Shown: piece after piece, positions 1 to 7,799 of the stretch
Numbering within the stretch: the stretch's first letter is position 1
Layout: every line of letters begins with the position of its first letter
From: an uncultured Owenweeksia sp.
Lineage (GTDB): Bacteria; Bacteroidota; Bacteroidia; Flavobacteriales; Schleiferiaceae
Assembly: GCA_964475135.1 (NCBI GenBank)
Contig: CAYYWL010000003.1
Span: 305-64,304 of the forward strand
DNA: 64,000 nt
Direction of reading: 5' to 3'
The notes under the pieces: generated by a model
The model's input: the letters and a program-made list of their open reading frames with translations, nothing else
Database searches by the model: none
Told to the model about the DNA's origin: nothing
Translations under genes and position numbers: made by a program

Positions 1-3000
1 GTATGGACTGGTTACACCTGATGCCATGGTTCCGCCTAGCCCAGTACCTGTGCCCTGCCAGAAACCTACTGGACCCCAAAACACGTTTGAACCTAGAGGC
101 GTACCCGAAGGGGCTGACCATGAAATTCCTGCGCTTGTCGTAGAAACGCTACCCGCTACTACGCTGGCAATCGGCTCTGGACATGTAGGAATAGCTTCTA
201 CTACAAAGTTGTCAAAGAAGACGTCTGGACCAAAGCCTGAATTAGCCACGAAACGGAAGATCGCATTGCTTCCAATCCATGAGGTTGGCAAGAATACAGT
301 AGTATCCACAAATGTTCCTGGAACCATTGTACCCGCACCTGGGCTGCTAAAGCTTGGTCCAATCAAGTTGACCAAGGTATCCCAAGTTGAAGCCGTGGTC
401 GTTTTGCCAAGAAGTATGAGTTGGTCGTTCGGGTAGAACGTCATGTACTGGTGCGACCAGTCAAATGTGGCTTGCGCTGGAGCGGTAATCGCCACAGGAC
501 GTGAAGACATCACCGCATTGTTTCCGCTCGTCCACGACCAGAAATTGCCGCGCATAGCGTATCCAGCACCAATAGCGTACTGCAGCATAGTCTGGGTTCC
601 GCCCTGGTTATTCCAACAGCCGAGTGGGCTCACGTCAAAGTTCTCGACGTATGGCATTGTGGTACCAAGGCAGCTCGTGGTGAAGTTGATCGGACCAAAC
701 CATGGGGCCAAGTTGTTGGCACCACACGAGTCGGCAATCCACACCGTGTAGGGAGTATTGGGAGCCAAACCGCTAATTGTGAATGACGTTCCATTCACAG
801 TAGCTTGGTTCGGGATGACACCCGTACCAGGGTTGAAGCCCGATGGACCCCAAGCAACTACGGAACCTGGCGTCGCGGCTACACCGTGCACCCAAGCAAC
901 CACAGCACTTGTTGCGGCAGCTGATGCCGAGCCGTTGATAACGGGCAAACATGCGGGCTGAGCTTCATAGGTGAAATCATCAATACCAAAAGTCGCAAAA
1001 GTAGAAGTGGTCCGGAACCCAACATGTTTGTATCCAGATGGCACGACTGGGAACGGAATGGTGTACTCTGCCCAAGCAGTAGTCAATGCAATCGTGTCAA
1101 TAGCCACAAATGATCCCGGATTTGACGGCGTTGAAACAAGTCCGACAATCACATTTGTTGTCGACCAGGTGGAAATCTTATTAGCGCGGAAGCGAACCTG
1201 TGCACCCCCACTACCAAGGTCTGTGAACATTGGAGATATAATGGTTGAACCGGCAGTGCCTCCCATACTCGCTTGAGCGTAGTTTGGAGCAGTATATGCC
1301 GTTGTGCCCGGGAACGTCGGAATAGCAAATGTTGCCGAACCACTCTTGTACCAGCAATCCGGTTGATTCGTCGCAACGTACTGATCGAAGTTCGCACTGT
1401 AACCAGTTGGGAGGGTAAATCCTGCACACAATGTGTTGAAACTAAATGGGCCAGACCAAATTGAGTTGCCCGCTCCACCACAAAGAGCCATGACGTAAAA
1501 ATCGTAGGGTGAATTTGGAGCTAATCCAGTCGCCACCGCTGAGTTGGTTGCAACGGTATCAGAAGCTCCGGTGCCGATTGAGAAACCAGCTGGTCCCCAC
1601 TGTACCACAAAACCTGAAGCTCCACTCTGCCAGTTAAGGTTGGCAGTTACATCGGTCACTGAAGACACTCCGAGTTGCAAGGGCTCAGGGCAGGCTGGCT
1701 GAGCTTCAAATGTGATAAAATCAACAAACAAATCAGGTCCGAAATCACTCCAGCCGTATACTTGAGCGACCACAGTAGTTCCAACGAATGAGGCAGGTAA
1801 GTATGCGATATCGTGGGTCATGACTGAAGCAGGAGTGGTTGTACCGGCACCTTGAGTATTAAAGGCACTTCCTTTTCGAGACAGAATGTTCGTCCAGACT
1901 GTGCTGTTGACGTTGCGTACCCGGACGGTCATACTATCAAATGGATACGACGCATTTGCAAGGTGCGACCAATCAATAACCACACGAGCAGGTACAGAGA
2001 TGGCAATAGGCGCGCTCTCGAGAATGAACGAATCATCGTTGTTTGACCAGTAATTCGCTCTAGCCAATGTCACACCACCGGTGGTGTACGAAGTCCATGG
2101 CACAGAGCCAGTATTAACCGACCAACAGTTCGGTGGAAAGGTGCCAAAAGTTTCGGTCGTAGGCAACGTAAGCGTGGCACACGTCGTACAGAAGTTTAAT
2201 GGGCCTGACCACGCTGATGTGCCGCTATTAGTTGCGGAACAGTTGTTTCGAACGTATACGTCGTAGCAGGTGTTTGCACTCAATCCAGTAATAGTGGCGC
2301 TTGCAGTAGTGCTTGTGAGGGACGTACCAGATCCCTGTGTGTAGCCCGCCGGACCGTATTCAATATTAAAGGCCGTACCCGTAGATGTCCATGTGACTGA
2401 GGCCTGAGTTGCTGTGATCCCATTCACTGCCAATTGGCCCGGAATTGGACATGCTGGCGGCGTATTCGTGATACGGATCGTGTAATCGTGAACAGAACCC
2501 CATGAATATGTTGCACATGAAGTGGTAGATGTGGTTGTGCCTCCCTCGCGGAGCATTACGCGAATTCGAGTACGCCCAAGTGTTGCGGTAAGGGGGACGG
2601 TAAACGACATAAATGCGTTGCGAACCGTTGATCCCGAGGCCGCTGGTGAACCACTCCAAGTTCCAAGTTCCTCACCCGCATCGGTAAAGTCGCCATCGTC
2701 ATTGTAGTCGATCCACGCTCGGGCGAATGACCCGTACACACCACCACATGTGCTCATCAAAGCTTCTAACGAGTAGCTCGTTCCACGGCTGAGGTCTGCC
2801 GAATCAATCTGCGTAAAATCGCGGAGTCCTGCTACAGCTGGGCATGTGGTTGGGTTGCTGATGCCGTAGTTGTCACCAAGCAAATACACATCCCGAATCT
2901 CGGTGTCGGCCGTTGATGATGGTCCAACTGTAGTGCAGTACGTCTGAGCAACTGCTGTTCCAGAAAGGAACATAGCGAAAGCACCGAAGAGCCAATTAAG

Positions 3001-3018
3001 CGTAGTACGTTTGTTCAT
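1..3018 (-). CDS. Large secreted multidomain surface protein. Only the N-terminal 1006 codons are in the window; the C-terminus lies beyond the left edge. It has a signal peptide, a GEVED-like domain, then repeated fibronectin-III-like and MAM-like modules.
   Basis: Hand translation of the minus strand from the ATG at 3018 gives MNKRTTLNWLFGAFAMFLSGTAVAQTYCTTVGPSSTADTEIRDVYLLGDNYG...WIDYNDDGDFTDAGEELGTW. Every segment I translated (3018-2641, 1560-1441, 60-1) was open in this frame. The track lists no minus ORF in this frame and only short ORFs in the other five, which fits one ORF running off the edge. It carries repeated W..GP.GF..G.G...Y.(V/F)YV..C modules like the 19300..23115 protein. 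Confidence 0.85.
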   Translation of the reverse strand, partial: MNKRTTLNWLFGAFAMFLSGTAVAQTYCTTVGPSSTADTEIRDVYLLGDNYGISNPTTCPAVAGLRDFTQIDSADLSRGTSYSLEALMSTCGGVYGSFARAWIDYNDDGDFTDAGEELGTWSGSPAASGSTVRNAFMSFTVPLTATLGRTRIRVMLREGGTTTSTTSCATYSWGSVHDYTIRITNTPPACPIPGQLAVNGITATQASVTWTSTGTAFNIEYGPAGYTQGSGTSLTSTTASATITGLSANTCYDVYVRNNCSATNSGTSAWSGPLNFCTTCATLTLPTTETFGTFPPNCWSVNTGSVPWTSYTTGGVTLARANYWSNNDDSFILESAPIAISVPARVVIDWSHLANASYPFDSMTVRVRNVNSTVWTNILSRKGSAFNTQGAGTTTPASVMTHDIAYLPASFVGTTVVAQVYGWSDFGPDLFVDFITFEAQPACPEPLQLGVSSVTDVTANLNWQSGASGFVVQWGPAGFSIGTGASDTVATNSAVATGLAPNSPYDFYVMALCGGAGNSIWSGPFSFNTLCAGFTLPTGYSANFDQYVATNQPDCWYKSGSATFAIPTFPGTTAYTAPNYAQASMGGTAGSTIISPMFTDLGSGGAQVRFRANKISTWSTTNVIVGLVSTPSNPGSFVAIDTIALTTAWAEYTIPFPVVPSGYKHVGFRTTSTFATFGIDDFTYEAQPACLPVINGSASAAATSAVVAWVHGVAATPGSVVAWGPSGFNPGTGVIPNQATVNGTSFTISGLAPNTPYTVWIADSCGANNLAPWFGPINFTTSCLGTTMPYVENFDVSPLGCWNNQGGTQTMLQYAIGAGYAMRGNFWSWTSGNNAVMSSRPVAITAPAQATFDWSHQYMTFYPNDQLILLGKTTTASTWDTLVNLIGPSFSSPGAGTMVPGTFVDTTVFLPTSWIGSNAIFRFVANSGFGPDVFFDNFVVEAIPTCPEPIASVVAGSVSTTSAGISWSAPSGTPLGSNVFWGPVGFWQGTGTGLGGTMASGVTSPY

Positions 3019-3061
3019 GTTATGGTATTCATTAGGGTACAGATTACAAAAGTGAGGAATA

Positions 3062-4222
3062 ATGTCGAAAAAACCATCGGTCGTTCAACGATTTATCGTT
3101 TTCGTTAACGCATTGACGCTTATCGTTGGCGGATGTGCGCTGCCGACTCCGCCAGATGGGGGGCCCCGCGACACCGACGGGCCCGTGGTGGTCGAATCGA
3201 ATGTACCAATTGGAAGCACCTCGGTGCAAACCAATACATTGACCTGGTCCTTTGACGAGTACGTCGTGCTCAACAACCCGGTCGCCAGCATTCGAACGTC
3301 GCCTCCGATTCCCGGCGAGCCGCGGTACTTGTTAAAGGGTAAAACACTTAAAATGTCGTGGGATGGCAGCCTCGAGCCCGACCGCACCTACATCATTCAG
3401 TTCGGAAACGGAATTCGCGACTTGCACGAGAACAACCCCATGAGTGAGCCATTTTGGGTGTTTGCCACGGGTACTACAATTGATTCGGGCCAAATCCGAG
3501 GAGTGGTCCTTAACCCCTCAACCGGCAAACCTTGGGACAACCAGGCCGTGGTTCTGCACAAGGGGGATGCTCCGGATTCCGCGGTTTTTACCCCCCCGGT
3601 GTACGGGTCGCGCAGCGGCAAAGACGGTCGTTTTACCCTGCCCTACTTGGCGGACGGCAGCTACCAAATCTTTGCGTTCAGTGACCCCGACGGCAATCTT
3701 CAGCTCGGAACCGGTGAAAAATCGCCGGTCGCCTGGTTTTCGGAACGTGTCACCCCTGGAGACAGTCTTGTACTGTGGCTCTCCGATCCCACCGCGAAGC
3801 CCGACAGTGTAGCTCAATTTCGGCAGCTTCCAGCGGACTCGTCTGGGGTACTCAAGCTGACCGTAGCCCCAGGCACCGACGGAACCTGGGTGCACCAACT
3901 GCGGCGCGACGGGATCGTGGTGTGGCAAGGTTCCGGCACCAATTCATGGACGCTTGAAGGGTTGAAACCCGGCACGTACCAACTACAAAGCTTTGCGGAC
4001 CTGAATGAAAACGGGAAACTAGATGCCCCTGACTGGTGGACGCGAACCGAGGCCGAAACACCGATCCCAGATCCCGAAGCGATTGAGGTTACTGTGGGTT
4101 GGACGGTAGAGCGCCAGTGGCTTCCGGGGGCATCCCCAGCACCGCAAACGGGTCCTGATCAGCCAAAAACGGGAAGCGCTTCCGGACTGCTGAGAGGTGG
4201 ATTGGGTCCCATTCGGCGGTAA
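3062..4222 (+). CDS. Lipoprotein with an Ig-like (SbsA/Big_5-type) domain, function unknown
   Basis: ATG ORF of 386 aa. The N-terminus VFVNALTLIVGGCALP looks like a lipobox, and the rest is beta-rich. The family name is from recollection only. The last ~39 aa are low-complexity and overlap the convergent gene. Confidence 0.7.
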   Translation: MSKKPSVVQRFIVFVNALTLIVGGCALPTPPDGGPRDTDGPVVVESNVPIGSTSVQTNTLTWSFDEYVVLNNPVASIRTSPPIPGEPRYLLKGKTLKMSWDGSLEPDRTYIIQFGNGIRDLHENNPMSEPFWVFATGTTIDSGQIRGVVLNPSTGKPWDNQAVVLHKGDAPDSAVFTPPVYGSRSGKDGRFTLPYLADGSYQIFAFSDPDGNLQLGTGEKSPVAWFSERVTPGDSLVLWLSDPTAKPDSVAQFRQLPADSSGVLKLTVAPGTDGTWVHQLRRDGIVVWQGSGTNSWTLEGLKPGTYQLQSFADLNENGKLDAPDWWTRTEAETPIPDPEAIEVTVGWTVERQWLPGASPAPQTGPDQPKTGSASGLLRGGLGPIRR

Positions 4223-4940
4223 CGAGTACCGACTTGTGTACTTCTGCTGAAGCCAATACGTCGCCCCAAGGGCCGATGATGCGGCTCGCGCCGCTGTGGT
4301 CTACACCAAAACCATCCACGCCCACTCGGTTGACGCCAGCCACGTAGCACTGGTTTTCCATTGCTCGAGCGGCCAACAGCGTGGTCCACGCATTTTCGCG
4401 GGCCTCTGGCCAATTGGCAACCACGAGTAGGCCGTCGTAGGCGGGGGTCCCGTCGTCGTCGAGCGTATTGCGCAACCAAACCGGAAAGCGAAGGTCAAAG
4501 CAAACCGCCAGGCGAAGGCGCCATCCGCGTAAGGTGACAACGACGGCTTCGGTTCCACGTTCAAAGTCACGGTGCTCGCCCGCCACTGCAAAGAGGTGGC
4601 GCTTATCGGCGGTGGTGGTGGTTCCGTCGGGTTCGACCCAAAAGAAGCGGTTGGCCACTTTGCCCGATTCGTGGGGCACAAACACCGATGCGCCCACGGC
4701 ACACTGAAGTTCCAAAGCGAGTTCCTTCAAAAAGTTGACCGCGGTGGCCGAATGGGCCGCAACCTCGCGCGCCTGCGACGTGGCAAACCCAGTGGCAAAG
4801 GCCTCGGGCAGCAGCAGCAGGTCGACGCTCCCAGGGGCCGGAATCAGCGAGCGAATCCGTGCAAAATTGGCATCCGGGTCGCACCAGGCGATGCCGTACT
4901 GAAGGAGCGCCACGCGCAGCGGGCTAAGGTTAGCGGGCAT
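4089..4940 (-). CDS. Carbon-nitrogen hydrolase (nitrilase superfamily; omega-amidase YafV/Nit2-like)
   Basis: The Glu-Lys-Cys triad contexts are readable: LLLPEAF, ADKRHLF, LAVCFDLRFP. It is 283 aa and overlaps the upstream SCO gene by 11 nt on the same strand. Confidence 0.85.
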   Translation of the reverse strand: MPANLSPLRVALLQYGIAWCDPDANFARIRSLIPAPGSVDLLLLPEAFATGFATSQAREVAAHSATAVNFLKELALELQCAVGASVFVPHESGKVANRFFWVEPDGTTTTADKRHLFAVAGEHRDFERGTEAVVVTLRGWRLRLAVCFDLRFPVWLRNTLDDDGTPAYDGLLVVANWPEARENAWTTLLAARAMENQCYVAGVNRVGVDGFGVDHSGASRIIGPWGDVLASAEVHKSVLVTAEWDPIHLSAVRKRFPFLADQDPFAVLGMPPEATGALPSNPQ

Positions 4941-5622
4941 CGGGGAGCAGCAAAGGAATGTCTTTAATCAGCTGGTCCACCGCCTTAGGGTCGGTGCCGT
5001 CGTAGTAGCCACGCAGACGGCCTTCAGCGTCGACGAGCACGAGGTTTTCGGTATGAATGAACGAGTGCTCGTCCCATCCCTGACCCTCTTCGAGCACCGC
5101 AAAGTAGCTGGTACGCGCAAGCCGATTCAGCTCTTCGGGTGTACCCGTTAGTAGCCACCATTGGGCGGAATCGCAGCCGTTCCGCGCCGCGTAGTCCGCC
5201 AAAATGGGCACCGAATCGTATTCGGGCATGGCGGTGTGCGACAAAATCCGGATCCGGCCGTCACCAGAGTAGGCGTCTTGAACCCTTCGCAAGCCGGCCG
5301 CCATATCCACACAAATGGTCGGGCATGTGGTAAAAAAGTAGCTGACAATCCGGACTTTGCCCTCGACGTCGCGGGCACTTCGGCGGGTCCCCGTTTGGTC
5401 CACCAAGTCAAATTCAGCCACTCGGTGGTCCATGCCCTTGCCCTCAATGCTGTCGGCAACCAGTGCCGGATTTAGATCCGAGGGATTGAGTATCGGAAGC
5501 TGCCGCTCAGGGCGCTGAATGAGGTAGGCCGCGGTGACTCCGGTCACGAAAATCGCCAATAAAATGCCTATTTTTAGGTATTCGGACTTCGAAAGCTTCC
5601 AGGCGGGTTTTGGCACGGTCAT
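4930..5622 (-). CDS. SCO1/SenC family copper chaperone (thioredoxin fold)
   Basis: It has an N-terminal TM helix, then the FFTTCPTICV CxxxC motif typical of SCO proteins. 230 aa. Confidence 0.85.
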   Translation of the reverse strand: MTVPKPAWKLSKSEYLKIGILLAIFVTGVTAAYLIQRPERQLPILNPSDLNPALVADSIEGKGMDHRVAEFDLVDQTGTRRSARDVEGKVRIVSYFFTTCPTICVDMAAGLRRVQDAYSGDGRIRILSHTAMPEYDSVPILADYAARNGCDSAQWWLLTGTPEELNRLARTSYFAVLEEGQGWDEHSFIHTENLVLVDAEGRLRGYYDGTDPKAVDQLIKDIPLLLPDAR

Positions 5623-5654
5623 GGCACGAAGTTCGGCAACGTAACTTTACCACC

Positions 5655-6410
5655 ATGAGAAACTTTGTACTTTTTTCAGCCATCGCAGCACTTTCTGTGG
5701 CATGCACCCCAGAAGGCAGCGAAGTTTCGCTTGAAATGAGCATTCAGCCCAGGTGGAACGGTCAGGATCTCGCCTACAGCAGCATGACCCTGGTGCAGCC
5801 GGAGACCGGAGACACATTTCTTGTGGAGCGCGCCGACATGATTCTGTCCGAATTCGCTTTGATTCACGCAGATGGCAGCCGCCTCCCGCTAGTTGACGAG
5901 GCCGGTGATCCGATTTATGCCTTCTTCACCAAAGGCAAACCTTGGACGGTAAAGGTTCCGGACAATATTCCAAAAGCCGAATATATAGGGATTGCGTTCA
6001 CGGTAGGGCTTGATTCCGCCCGAAACTTCGGGGACCCCTCACAGTGGAAGGTCGGTCACCCACTCAACCCAACCGTGAACAACCTGCACTGGGGCTGGCA
6101 GGGAGGATACGTGTTCATGGCCATCGAAGGCTTCTACCAAAACAACGGAGCGCGCGAGCCCTGGCTCTACCACATTGCCAATATGGAAAACCGCATGCCC
6201 GTGGTACTCAACGGCGTCCTCGACCTTCGCGGACCGCGCCGACTCGTGCTGAACTGGAACGCCGAAAAGTTGTTTTATGCCCTAAATGAGGTTCGCCCCT
6301 CTGAAGACGGAGCTTTTTCGCACAGCAGTTTTGATGGCGGAGTCGCCCATCGAATCTCTGAAAATGTGAGCCAATCATTCAGCTGGGTTGCGCTTGAAAA
6401 TGTGAAATGA
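5655..6410 (+). CDS. mbnP: MbnP-like copper-binding lipoprotein
   Basis: The track ORF starts at 5610. I prefer the ATG at 5655, which gives MRNFVLFSAIAALSVAC (lipoprotein signal). The NLHWGWQGGYVFMAIEG region and the ATGA overlap with a di-haem peroxidase gene match the MbnP/MbnH pairing. The family call is by recollection. Confidence 0.6.
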   Translation: MRNFVLFSAIAALSVACTPEGSEVSLEMSIQPRWNGQDLAYSSMTLVQPETGDTFLVERADMILSEFALIHADGSRLPLVDEAGDPIYAFFTKGKPWTVKVPDNIPKAEYIGIAFTVGLDSARNFGDPSQWKVGHPLNPTVNNLHWGWQGGYVFMAIEGFYQNNGAREPWLYHIANMENRMPVVLNGVLDLRGPRRLVLNWNAEKLFYALNEVRPSEDGAFSHSSFDGGVAHRISENVSQSFSWVALENVK

Positions 6411-7465
6411 AGTACTTCGCGCTTGTACTAATCGCCGTCGTGGCCGTGAGTTGTGGCGAAAATCCGCCGCCCACGACCCCGTTTGCGCTGAATGTACCGC
6501 AGGGCTTCCCGCCGCCGCCGATTCCTGAAGACAATCCATTGACCGTCGAGGGCGTGCTCCTCGGCCGAAGGCTGTTTTACGACCCGATTCTTTCGCGAGA
6601 CTCGACGCAGAGCTGCGGAAGCTGCCACAACACCAGCTTCGGAATGACTGACCACGGACTGCAATTTTCAGTCGGAATCACCGGAGCCGTAGGCGACCGC
6701 AACAGCATGCCGCTCCATAATTTGGCCTACCATACTGCATTTTTTTGGGACGGTCGCAGCCCGATGCTGCGCGATTTAACGTTGGTTCCGATTCAAGATC
6801 CGCGCGAAATGGACCACAGCGTAGAGAGCGTGCTTGCGAAGCTCAACGCGAGCCCCACCTACCGAGACCTCTTCTGGAAGGCGTTCGGGGTCAAGACCAT
6901 CACGGCCGAAGAGCTCGGCTTGGCGGCAGAGCAGTTCATGCTCAGCATAATGAGTGGCTCGAGCAAGTTTGACCGCTTTGCGCGCGGACTTGAAAGCCTC
7001 ACTCCCGAAGAACAACTCGGCCTACAGTTATTCAATGGCGAAGCCAACCCAAACGCTCCGGTTCGCGGTGCAGACTGCTTTCACTGCCACGGCGGAACCC
7101 TGTTCACCAACCACAAGTTCATGAACAATGGACTGGACACGGTAATCACCGACCCCGGGCTTGGCGGAGTAACGGGCAACCCGAACGACATGGGCAAGTT
7201 TAAGGTTCCGTCGCTGCGCAACATCGCCTACACCCCGCCGTACATGCACGACGGCCGCTTTCAAACCCTGATGGAGGTCGTGGACTTCTACAACAGCGGA
7301 ACCCACGCTAATTCTCCCAACATTGATCCCTCCATGGGCGACATCATTCGCTCAGGCGGACTTGGCCTCAACCTACAGGAGCGACTTGCCCTTGTGGCGT
7401 TCTTGAACACCCTCACCGACACATCAATAGAGAGCGATACGCTCTTTCAAAACCCGTTCAACTAA
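6407..7465 (+). CDS. mbnH: Di-haem cytochrome c peroxidase / MauG family enzyme (MbnH-like)
   Basis: There are two CXXCH motifs (QSCGSCHN and DCFHCHGG) and a signal peptide with a Cys (VAVSCG). 352 aa. The start overlaps the mbnP-like stop (ATGA). Confidence 0.8.
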   Translation: MKYFALVLIAVVAVSCGENPPPTTPFALNVPQGFPPPPIPEDNPLTVEGVLLGRRLFYDPILSRDSTQSCGSCHNTSFGMTDHGLQFSVGITGAVGDRNSMPLHNLAYHTAFFWDGRSPMLRDLTLVPIQDPREMDHSVESVLAKLNASPTYRDLFWKAFGVKTITAEELGLAAEQFMLSIMSGSSKFDRFARGLESLTPEEQLGLQLFNGEANPNAPVRGADCFHCHGGTLFTNHKFMNNGLDTVITDPGLGGVTGNPNDMGKFKVPSLRNIAYTPPYMHDGRFQTLMEVVDFYNSGTHANSPNIDPSMGDIIRSGGLGLNLQERLALVAFLNTLTDTSIESDTLFQNPFN

Positions 7466-7466
7466 T

Positions 7467-7799
7467 ATGAAAAATCTACTTTTTGGTTTCTGGTTACTCG
7501 TTTCTTGTTCCGCACTTGCGCAGACTTCCGAGGTAACCTTTTGGGTAGATGGCGTATGCGGAATGTGCGAAAAGCGAATCGAAACTGCCCTTTTGAACAC
7601 CCCTGGAGTGCGCTTTGCCGACTGGTCGACCGAGACCCATCAGGTCAAAGTAGCCTTCAGCGGCAAAAAGCTCACCGAACAGCGGCTCCACGAGTTAGTT
7701 GCGGCAGTGGGCCACGACACCAAAAAGGTCAAGGCTAAAGAAGAGGACTACGCCAAAGTCCACGAATGCTGCAAGTACCGGGAACTCAATGCGCACTAG
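7467..7799 (+). CDS. Secreted heavy-metal-associated (HMA) domain protein
   Basis: A signal peptide is followed by VDGVCGMCEKRIE (GMxCxxC metal-binding motif). An extra HECC pair lies near the C-terminus. 110 aa. Confidence 0.85.
   Translation: MKNLLFGFWLLVSCSALAQTSEVTFWVDGVCGMCEKRIETALLNTPGVRFADWSTETHQVKVAFSGKKLTEQRLHELVAAVGHDTKKVKAKEEDYAKVHECCKYRELNAH

Noticed and set aside
26-2707. Plus-strand ORFs of 60-136 aa (26..436, 443..751, 758..961, 971..1276 and others) listed in the track
   Set aside because: They lie antisense to, or out of frame with, the long minus-strand surface-protein gene (1..3018). They have Pro/Gly/Val-rich shadow-like composition and no start context. I treat them as non-coding shadows.
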